A DNA stretch of 64,000 nucleotides from Pseudomonadota bacterium (lineage in GTDB: Bacteria > Myxococcota > JACRCW01 > JAFGSX01). Under the pieces are notes generated by a model. The model did not search any database and was not told where the DNA came from. It saw only the letters and a program-made list of their open reading frames with translations. Location of the stretch: assembly GCA_043821645.1 (NCBI GenBank), contig JBDRCO010000108.1:33161-97160 (forward strand), in the 5' to 3' direction. Made by a program: the position numbers and the translations under genes. Below, piece by piece: positions 27,358 through 36,100 of this stretch (the stretch's first letter is position 1; each line of letters begins with the position of its first letter).

Positions 27358-28095
27358 ATGCCTCGCGTCGATGCCCTCTCCACCATCGTGGTGGCCGTGC
27401 TCTGTGCCAGCGCCTGTGGCCCCCCCTCAGAGCTTCCGGTCCTGGTTTTCGACACCCGCTCGGCCCTGTGCATCGACCAGCGTGGCGATGGCACCTGCGA
27501 CCGCGAGTTCACGGTGTCCGACCCCGTCCAGCCCCTGCGCAGCGACTATCAGGATCGGATCTCCTATGTCCTGGTGGGTGCGATCAGCCTGAACGACGGC
27601 AGCTTCATCGAGCTGCACACGCCCGGAGCCAGCCTGGAGTCCGCACGCGATGTCGGTGGCGGCACGGTGCTCACCTATTCCGTGAGCACCGATCTGACGA
27701 ACTGGCCGACGGCGGGAAAAAAGGTGCACATCGCGGAGGACAGCAGTACCCATGTCGGCGGCGACGGCCCCACCCACACGGCGTGGGTCAGCCTGAGCTA
27801 CCGCTACTCGCCGCAGGCCTTCCGCGTCGCCGATCTGCAGGCCGTTCAGCTCCAGGTCGTCAGCCGCGTGCAGGTGGACCTCCCCGACAACGCGCTCCAC
27901 AATGACGACAGGCCCGTCGTGTATGGCGGGCGCGTGGACTTCGACGTCGTGGATCTCATCGCGCTGAGCGCAGGCATGGGGCCCGACAACACCCTGCACC
28001 TGGACACCGATCCCCTGTTGCTGGAGCGCTGGCTCGACGGTAATGACCAGCCCGTCGATAACGTGCAACAGCTGGCGATCTCGGTCCTGCGCTAG
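27358..28095 (+). CDS. Hypothetical lipoprotein
   Basis: 'MPRVDALSTIVVAVLCASAC' signal with lipobox. No other motif recognised. Confidence 0.4.
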   Translation: MPRVDALSTIVVAVLCASACGPPSELPVLVFDTRSALCIDQRGDGTCDREFTVSDPVQPLRSDYQDRISYVLVGAISLNDGSFIELHTPGASLESARDVGGGTVLTYSVSTDLTNWPTAGKKVHIAEDSSTHVGGDGPTHTAWVSLSYRYSPQAFRVADLQAVQLQVVSRVQVDLPDNALHNDDRPVVYGGRVDFDVVDLIALSAGMGPDNTLHLDTDPLLLERWLDGNDQPVDNVQQLAISVLR

Positions 28096-28125
28096 GCAGG
28101 CGTACCGCCCAGGCCGGCGAGGCGC

Positions 28126-29721
28126 TCAGGGCGCGGCCGCGAACATCAAGCCGGATTGATAGCGCGTGCTCTTGTACAGGATGCGGGGCTTGCCCGCGCT
28201 GTCGAGGGCAATGGCGCAGTTCATGCCGACCTGGGCTGCGCTGTCGCCGTCGATGACCTCGTTGCTCCACACGCCGGAGACGCGGCGAGCCAGCTTGAGG
28301 TTGCCCAGCGAGGTCTCTGTGTAGGCGATGGAGACGTTGCCCGCGCCGTCGACCGCAATGTCGTTCCAGGCGTTGCCATCACCCACACTGTCGACCGTTG
28401 TCAGGGTCCAGCCACCGACGCCATCCGGTGTGGCATGGCGCAGCACCTGGGTGGTGCGCTGGAAGTACGACAGGTGCGGCGCGTCGCCCTGATCCAGTGC
28501 CAGGCTGACGAAACCCGGCTGCCCGCCGCTGTCCACCACATCGACATGCCAGCTGGTACCGCTGGGAGAGGCGAGATAGACACTGGCATAGCCGCGCACG
28601 AAGGCGATGCGCGGCGTATCGTCACTGGCCAGATCGAGCGAGGTCCAGATTCCGGAATACGGAGTGCTGTCGACGACCTCGATCTGCCAGGCTCCCAGAC
28701 CATCGCGCAGGGCGTACTTGAGCTGGTCACCAGGCTCGTCCCGGTAACTGACGTGAACGCGTCCCTGGCTGTCCACCTTCATCGACGCGTAGCCACCCAC
28801 CGAGGCCGTGGTCTCGATGCTCTCGAATGCCCAGCTCGAGCTGCCGTGGATGGCGTGGCGCAAGGCGCCGTGGGCGGGCGCCAGGTAGGTGGCATGGGGC
28901 GTGTTGTCGACCTGAAAGTCGAGATTGATGAGCTGCTCCACACCGAGCGACAATGTTCCCGCTGCTTCGACCACGGAGCTGCTCCAGGCGCCGCCAGCCC
29001 GTCGTCCCCAGGTGAGATCTCCGCTGCCGGTGACCCAGAGCGCTTGAACGGATCCCGCTCCATCAATGGCCAGGGTGACGTCGTCGGGATAGCCCATGGC
29101 CACGGTCTCGACGATCCAGCCCTGGGGCGAGGCACATTGCCAGCCGCTGTTGCAGGTCGAGGTGCCCGCGCAGGCGCCGCAGGAGGTCGAGCACACGGGG
29201 TCATTGCCACACACCCTGCCTGTGCAGTCGGCGTCCCGCGGGCACACAGGACCGCCAGCACCCCAGCAGGCGTTCATGGCCGTGCTGGTGCAGGCCGCCG
29301 CGGTGAAACAGGTGACCTCGGCCGAGGAGAACGCCCCGCCATCGCATTGCTGCACACAGGCGACCTCGGTGATCGAGTTGCCGTTGGTGTCGTTGAAGCT
29401 GAAGCCGCAGTCATACACATTGCGACAGAGATTTTCGCACGACGTGCCCTGGTTGGCGTCGCTCGTGGCCGCATCCGCGACAGCGCCGTCAACGACGCCG
29501 GCGTCTCCGCTCCCGGCGCAGCGGCAGGGGTCAAAGATTCCGTCGGGACGGCACAGCTGGGCCCCGCTGCGGCCATCGGTGCAGGTGCAGGCCTGGCTGG
29601 TTCCCTCGACACAGCCCTGGTCCGAAGGCACGGCCGGGCAGCCGAGGCCGCTCCACCCGGCGAGCAGCATGACGAGGGAGCCAGGGATACAGGACCCAGA
29701 GGAAGAGAGCGGCGTCGTCAT
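28126..29721 (-). CDS. Secreted Cys-rich protein with C-terminal beta-propeller-like repeats
   Basis: Signal peptide, then ~200 aa carrying more than 30 Cys in EGF-like spacing, then repeated '...W...D...G...' blades. A start at 29769 is also possible. Confidence 0.4.
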   Translation of the reverse strand: MTTPLSSSGSCIPGSLVMLLAGWSGLGCPAVPSDQGCVEGTSQACTCTDGRSGAQLCRPDGIFDPCRCAGSGDAGVVDGAVADAATSDANQGTSCENLCRNVYDCGFSFNDTNGNSITEVACVQQCDGGAFSSAEVTCFTAAACTSTAMNACWGAGGPVCPRDADCTGRVCGNDPVCSTSCGACAGTSTCNSGWQCASPQGWIVETVAMGYPDDVTLAIDGAGSVQALWVTGSGDLTWGRRAGGAWSSSVVEAAGTLSLGVEQLINLDFQVDNTPHATYLAPAHGALRHAIHGSSSWAFESIETTASVGGYASMKVDSQGRVHVSYRDEPGDQLKYALRDGLGAWQIEVVDSTPYSGIWTSLDLASDDTPRIAFVRGYASVYLASPSGTSWHVDVVDSGGQPGFVSLALDQGDAPHLSYFQRTTQVLRHATPDGVGGWTLTTVDSVGDGNAWNDIAVDGAGNVSIAYTETSLGNLKLARRVSGVWSNEVIDGDSAAQVGMNCAIALDSAGKPRILYKSTRYQSGLMFAAAP

Positions 29722-29961
29722 GAGGAGCCTCCTGAAGAAGGGCACATGCTCGGAGAGCAAGGCTAGCATATTCTCGACAGCACCAAGCACGGGCGAGGCG
29801 ACCACGTCGTCGGATTCGCCCCCTCGCGGGCCCGTCCCCTGCCTGCGCGACGACACGCCTGTGCTTCGCTGGCTCACCAAGTTCCCCTTGGAGTTGAGAA
29901 GCGAAACGCGGTACTGGATCCCCCGACTCGAGGGACGATCGCTGCGCATCCGGGGGCTGGT

Positions 29962-30816
29962 GTGACCGAGTTCTTGCATGCCCTGTTCGCCTTTCCGACG
30001 GCCATCTACTCGGGCCTGCTCGGCATTGCGGTCCTGTACTGGCTGATGGTGATCGTCGGCGCCGTGGACATCGACCTGTTCGGCTCCGGCGCCGAGGGTG
30101 CGCTGGAGGGTGTGACCGAGGGCGCCCTCGAGGGTGTCGCCGAAGGTGCCGCCGAGGGCGTGGCCGAAGGTGTCGCCGAGGGCGTGGCCGAAGGTGTCGC
30201 CGAGGGCGTGGCCGAAGGTGCCGCCGAGGGCGTGGCCGAAGGCGCTGCGGAGGGGGTGACCGAGGGCGCGGCCGAGGGTGCCGGTGAAGGTGCCACCGAA
30301 GGGGGTGGCGAGAGCGCCATGGCCGAGATCCTGGGCATGCTTGGCCTGAGGCGAGCACCGGTCACGGTTGTCTACAGTCTATTCTCGCTCACCGGCTGGG
30401 CGCTGTGCATGGCGGGCTCGCTGGTGCTCGAACCCTGGATCGGCGGCTGGATTCCGAACTGGCTGTATGGAACAGCGGTGCTTGCCCTGAGTGTGCCCGT
30501 GGCCCTGATCGCCACCTCGGTGGGGATACGACCGCTGGCCCCCATGTTCGTGCACGAGACCCAGCGCGGGCACTTCGCCCTGGTGGGCAAGAGCTGCATC
30601 ATCACCACCGGCCGGGTCGACTCGACCTTCGGACAGGCCAAGATAGAGGAGCGCGGCAACAACCTGCTCGTCCAGGTGCGCGCGCCGGCAGGAAACAGGC
30701 TGCACAAGAACGTGGAAGCACTGATCGTGGACTATGACCCGGAGCACGATGCATACCTGGTCGAGCCCATGCAGCAGCTGCTCGAGGAAGGGGCTCGCGG
30801 CCCCTCGACGACCTAG
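29962..30816 (+). CDS. NfeD-like membrane protein (N-terminal TMs, (A/V)EG(A/V) repeat linker, C-terminal OB-fold) that partners the downstream flotillin
   Basis: 2-3 TM helices and a C-terminal 'GKSCIITTGRVDSTFGQAKIEERGNNLLVQVRAP...' beta-barrel typical of short NfeD proteins. Gene order NfeD then SPFH is the canonical pairing. Confidence 0.55.
   Translation: MTEFLHALFAFPTAIYSGLLGIAVLYWLMVIVGAVDIDLFGSGAEGALEGVTEGALEGVAEGAAEGVAEGVAEGVAEGVAEGVAEGAAEGVAEGAAEGVTEGAAEGAGEGATEGGGESAMAEILGMLGLRRAPVTVVYSLFSLTGWALCMAGSLVLEPWIGGWIPNWLYGTAVLALSVPVALIATSVGIRPLAPMFVHETQRGHFALVGKSCIITTGRVDSTFGQAKIEERGNNLLVQVRAPAGNRLHKNVEALIVDYDPEHDAYLVEPMQQLLEEGARGPSTT
30090..30310 (+). repeat. In-frame 12-bp tandem repeat (~17 units of gccgagggcgtg/gccgaaggtgtc) encoding (A/V/T)EG(A/V) x17 inside the NfeD-like gene
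   Basis: Directly visible in both DNA and protein ('EGALEGVTEGALEGVAEGAAEGVAEGVAEGVAEGVAEGVAEGAAEG...'). Confidence 0.7.
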
Positions 30817-30878
30817 GCAACGGGCAGAATGCCCGAACGGAATGCTTTTGACCGCGTGACAGCGGAAAGGGGTCAGCG

Positions 30879-33122
30879 ATGAACCAGGGTTTGGTGATCC
30901 TCGTGCTCTCGATCATCGGCTTCGGCGTGCTCTTGCTGCTGGGGCTCGCGCTGCTCATCAAGGCCTTCTACCGCAAGGTGCTGCAGGGCCAGGCGCTCAT
31001 CAACAACAAGATGGGCAATCAGACCACGGTGTCCTTCACCGGCGGTCTGGTGCTCCCCATCATCCACCGATCCGAAGTGATGGACATCTCGATCAAGACC
31101 ATCGAGATCGACCGCAGAGGCGGTGAGGGCTTGATATGCCGCGATAACATCCGCGCCGACATCAAGGTGACCTTCTTCGTACGCGTGAACAAGACCGAGG
31201 AGGACGTGCTCAAGGTGGCGCAGTCCATCGGCTGCGTTCGTGCCAGCGCCCAGGAAACCATCGAAGAGCTGTTCAACGCCAAGTTCAGCGAGGCGCTCAA
31301 GACCGTGGGCTACTCGATGGACTTCGTGAACCTGTACGACAAGCGCGAGCAGTTCAAGGACGCCATCATTCAGGTCATCGGTACCGACCTCAACGGCTAC
31401 GTGCTCGAGGACGCGGCCATCGACTTTCTGGAGCAGACCCCGCTCGACCAGCTCGATTCCCAGAACATCCTGGACGCCAACGGCATCCGCAAGATCACCG
31501 AGCTGACGACCAAGCAGCGCATCCTGACCAACGATTTCCAGAACAGCGAGCGCAAGCAGATCACCAAGCAGGACGTCGAGGCCCAGGAGGCCATCCTGGC
31601 GCTGGAGCGGCAGCGCGAGACGGCCGTGGCCGCCCAGCATCGAGAGATCGCCACGGTGCAGGCGCGCGAGAAGGCCGAGACCGAGAAGGTGCAGGCCGAG
31701 GAACTGCTGCGTTCGCAGACCGCGCGCATCAAGTCCGAGGAGGACATCGCGATCCAGAACGAGAACCGCCTGCGTCAGGTCGAGGTTGCCAACAAGAACC
31801 GGCAGCGCGTCGTCGGAGTCGAGAACGAGCGCGTCGAGAAGGACCGCATGCTCGAGCAGATCACCCGCGAGCGCGAGTGCGAGCTGCAAACCATCGAAAA
31901 GAACAAGGCGGTGGAGAAGCAGAAGAAGGAGATCGCCGACATCGTGCGTGGCCGCGTCGCCGTCGAGAAGACCGTCGCCGAGGAGGAGGAGCGCATCAAG
32001 GACGTGCGCGTGCTTGCCGATGCCAACCGCCAGAAGGATGCCGTGATCATTCACGCCGAGGCCGAGGCCCAGGAGAGCCTGGTCAAGGACATCAAGAAAG
32101 CAGAGGCTGCCGCGATCGCTGCCTCACACCTGGCCAAGCAGAAGCTGATCATGGCCGACGCCGACCTCGAGGCCGCGGACCGCGAAGCCAAGGCGCAGAT
32201 CCGGCTCGCCGATGGCTTGCAGGCACAGACCGCCGCGCCGGGAATGGCCGAGGTCAAGGTCAAGGAGGCCGATGCCCAGGCCATCGAGAAGAAGGGCATG
32301 GTCGAGGCCCGCGTGCTCAAGGAGAAGATGCTGAGCGAAGCTGTCGGCACCGAGGCGCGGGGCCTGGCGGAATCCAAGGCCAAGCAGGCTCTGGCTGAGG
32401 CGCTGCAGCGCGAGGGCGAGGCCGAGGCAGAGGTCACTCGACAGAAGATGCTGGCGTCCGCCGAGGGCACCGAGAAACAAGGTCTGGCCGAGATGGCGGT
32501 GCGCGAGAAGGAGGCCGAGGTCATCGAGAAGACCGGCCAGGCCGAGGGAGTGCGCATCCGCGAGAAGGGTCAGGCCGAGGCCGAGGCCATCGGCCTGCGC
32601 ATGGGTGCCGAGGCCAAGGGTCTGCGCGAGAAGGCCGAGTCCATGAAGTCCCTCGACGGCAAGGGCAAGGAGCACGAGGAGTTCAGGCTGGCCCTCGACA
32701 AGGAGAAGACCGTGGACCTGCAGGCCATCTCGGTGCAGCGCGAGATCGCCGAGGCCCAGGCACGCATCCTCAGCGAGGCCTTCAAGAACGCGCGCTTTGA
32801 CATCGTGGGCGGCGACGGCGTGTTCTTTGACCGCTTCGTCAACGCCCTGAGCCTGGGCAAGGGGCTCGACGGCTTCTTCCACAAGAGCGACGCCGCGCGC
32901 AAGGTGCTCGGCGAATACCTGCAGGGTGACCGCAGCCTGCCCACCGACATCAAGGACGTGCTGCGCGAGCCTCGTCTGTCCACCGACGGGCTGCAGAAGC
33001 TGACCCTGTCAGCCCTGCTGACGCGCCTGATGACAGGTGGCGACGACGAAGCCCGGGCCAAGGTCTCGGCCTTGATCGAGCAAGCCAAGAAGCTCGGCAT
33101 CGACAAGCTGACCTCAGGCTGA
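30879..33122 (+). CDS. Flotillin-family SPFH-domain protein (YqiK/FloT-like) with an N-terminal TM anchor and a long EA-rich coiled-coil
   Basis: N-terminal TM 'LVILVLSIIGFGVLLLLGLALLI'. The SPFH core and extended 'EAEAQ...KAEAE' repeats are characteristic of bacterial flotillins. Confidence 0.85.
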   Translation: MNQGLVILVLSIIGFGVLLLLGLALLIKAFYRKVLQGQALINNKMGNQTTVSFTGGLVLPIIHRSEVMDISIKTIEIDRRGGEGLICRDNIRADIKVTFFVRVNKTEEDVLKVAQSIGCVRASAQETIEELFNAKFSEALKTVGYSMDFVNLYDKREQFKDAIIQVIGTDLNGYVLEDAAIDFLEQTPLDQLDSQNILDANGIRKITELTTKQRILTNDFQNSERKQITKQDVEAQEAILALERQRETAVAAQHREIATVQAREKAETEKVQAEELLRSQTARIKSEEDIAIQNENRLRQVEVANKNRQRVVGVENERVEKDRMLEQITRERECELQTIEKNKAVEKQKKEIADIVRGRVAVEKTVAEEEERIKDVRVLADANRQKDAVIIHAEAEAQESLVKDIKKAEAAAIAASHLAKQKLIMADADLEAADREAKAQIRLADGLQAQTAAPGMAEVKVKEADAQAIEKKGMVEARVLKEKMLSEAVGTEARGLAESKAKQALAEALQREGEAEAEVTRQKMLASAEGTEKQGLAEMAVREKEAEVIEKTGQAEGVRIREKGQAEAEAIGLRMGAEAKGLREKAESMKSLDGKGKEHEEFRLALDKEKTVDLQAISVQREIAEAQARILSEAFKNARFDIVGGDGVFFDRFVNALSLGKGLDGFFHKSDAARKVLGEYLQGDRSLPTDIKDVLREPRLSTDGLQKLTLSALLTRLMTGGDDEARAKVSALIEQAKKLGIDKLTSG

Positions 33123-33173
33123 GCCGCGCGGGGCCGCAGGAAGCCGCGGATCTACTGACGCGCGAGAGGTGAC

Positions 33174-36100
33174 GTGAGGCCAGCCATGTCCGACGAAAAA
33201 CTCACGCCAGGTCAGGGGGAGTCCCAGGCCGAGGCTGCCAGCGGCGCCGTGGTCGAGGGTGGTGCCTACGACATCATCCGAGCCCGCCTCGACACCCTGG
33301 GCGCCACCCTGGGTGAGAAGGCCGACGCACTCAACCGCAAGCGCATCGAGGTCTTCGGCGGTACCGAGATGGTCGTGCTCGGCCAGGAGCGTATTCGCAC
33401 CGAGAACAACTGCATCCCGCGCGACATCGTCCCGCTCGGCGATCGCATCCTGCTGGGCTACAACGTCTACCTCGGGCTCAAGCGCGAGACAGCAGTCGCC
33501 GACGTCTTCAGCGTGCGACGCTTCAAGGGCGGGGGCGAGGCCTTCTCCTTTGACGAGGTCCCGCCGGATCAGGAGCCCTTCCTGAGTGATTCACATTTTC
33601 TTAAGGATTTCAACGAACTCTACACCTACTACAAGGACACGCGGCTGACCCAGCTGCGCGTGATCAACCAGAAGCTGCTGGCGATTTTTCAAACCAGCGA
33701 GTCCATCAAGGACCTCAAGGTACTGCGCTGGGCCCTCGACACGGACGGCAGCGTCACCTACATCGACAACCGGGGTGATCACGACAACGTGTACCCGCCC
33801 TCGCACGACTTCGAGTGGGTGGCCACGACCCGCGAGAACTTCGTGCTGGGCACGCACCCCCACGTCAACATCCTGGATCAGGTCTTCGTCGAGACCGTCG
33901 GTGGAGACCTGACTGTCAAGGTCGAGGACAACACCGGCGACGGTCAGGGTATCTATCGCGAGACCGTGGACGACGCCGACCAGTCCCTCGATGATGGACA
34001 GATCCACTACGCGGCCCTGGGCACTCTCATCCTGCTCAAGGTGCTGCCCTACCGCGAGGACACCTGGCGCTATCTGGTCTTCAACACCCGCACCCAGGAT
34101 GTCCAGCGCATCGACGCCATCGGCGAAGCCTGCGTGCAGCTCCCCGAGGACCACGGCATCATCTTCCCCGGTGGCTACTACCTGCAAGACGGCGAGACCA
34201 AGCGCTTCGACGTGGCTCCCGAGGGTCTTGAGTTCAAGCGCGTGGTGCGCTCACCCAACGGCGAGGACGTGCTGTACGTGTTCTACCAGCGCGCCCAGGG
34301 ACGCCACGTGCTGTTCGCCTACAACCTGATCCGCAAGGAGGTGGCGCCACCCATCGTGTGCAACGGCGTCAGCGTGTTCGACGACGGCACCATGGTGGTG
34401 TTCCGGGCCGAGGCCGAACCCACCCGCGTCCACGCCATGTCCATCTGGCGAACGCCGTTCATGAGCGATGTGCACGCCGTGCGCGTGTCCGCCGAGAGCG
34501 CCCACGCGGGCAGCATGCTGGTCAAGATCGGCAACGCGGAGCTGGTGCGCGGCATCTCCGAGGTGGGCAGTCTGCGCCGGGCCATCTCCAACCAGTCCCC
34601 GACCCTGGTCCAGTACGAGGACCTGATCGCGGCGACACGGCGTCTGCTCGACAACTACCACTGGCTGAACCAGACCGAGGTGGGTGACCTCAAGAGCACG
34701 CTGGGAGAGGTTCTCAAGAACGCCGAGCTCATCATCGACGAGTTCGAAAAGGTCCTGACCATCCAGCGTGCCGCGGCCGAGGCCCTGCGCCAGGCCCAGG
34801 ACGCTCAGCGTGCCCTGCTCGACGAGATCCGACCCGATCTGTGGGAGACCGTCGACCACTTCGTCGACGCCATGGCGCGACTGCGCACCCAGCGCGGTCG
34901 TCTGATCACGCTGCGCGAGATGCGCTACATGAACCTCGAGCGGGTCGCCGAGCTCGAGACCCAGGTCGCAGATCAGTTTGCCCACCTGTCCGATCAAGCC
35001 GTGACCTTCTTGCTGCGCGATGACGCGCTCAAGCCCTATCGCCTGAAGCACGACCAGGTGATGCGAGACATCGAGGCCATGGCACAGGCACACCAGGCTG
35101 CACCCATCACCGAGGCCCTGGACGGTATGGCCACCGGTCTCGATCTTCTGAGCGAAGTGGTGGGCGGGCTCAAGATCGACGATCCCAACCAGCGCACCCG
35201 GATCCTCGAAGAGGTCTCGGAAATCTTCGCGCTGGTCAACCGCGCACGTGCCGTGCTGACGGGTCGCCGCAAGGAACTTCTCTCGGTCGAGGGCGTTGCC
35301 GAGTTCGGCGCCCAGTTCAAGCTCTTCAACCAGAGCGTGCAGAGCGCCCTCGCCGTGGCCGATACGCCGGAAAAATGCGACGAGCTGCTGAGTCGACTGC
35401 TGGTGCAGCTCGAAGATCTCGAGGGGCGTTTCGGCGAATTCGACCAGTTCCTGGCCGATCTCACCCAGAAGCGCGACGAGGTCTACGAGGCCCTCAATGG
35501 CCGCAAGCAGACCCTGCTCGACGAGCGCCAGCGCCGCGCCCAGGCCCTGCTCTCGGCCGCCGATCGCATCCTGCAGGGCGTGGCCCGGCGCGCCCAGAGC
35601 TTCAAGCTCCTCGACGAGCTGAACGCCTACTACGCCGCAGATGCCATGGTGCTCAAGGTGAGGGACATCGCCGACCAGCTGTCCGCCCTGGGTGACACGG
35701 TCAAGGCCGATGAGCTGGTGTCGAGACTCAAGTCATCGCGCGATTCGGCGGCACGCCAGCTGCGCGACAAGACCGAGCTGTTTGCCGAGGGTGACAACCT
35801 GATCCGGATGGGCAAGCACCACTTCACGGTCAACACCCAGCCCCTGGACCTGACCCTGCTGCCACGCGAGGGCCACCTCGAGCTTCACCTCACGGGTACC
35901 GACTACCACGAGCGCGTCGACGACGAGGCCCTGGATGCGCTGCGCACGTACTGGGATCAGACCCTGGTCAGTGAGACGCCCGAGGTCTATCGCGCCGAGC
36001 ACCTGGCCGCGAGCCTGCTGTTCGATGCCGACCAGGGTCGCGAGAGTCTGAGCGTGCTCGGATTGCGGGAAGCCAGCACGCGCGAGGGCGGTCTCCTCGA

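Noticed and set aside
30879-33122. Flotillin gene as a horizontally acquired low-GC insert
   Set aside because: GC is only mildly lower than the flanks and third-position GC bias is retained, so the evidence is insufficient.
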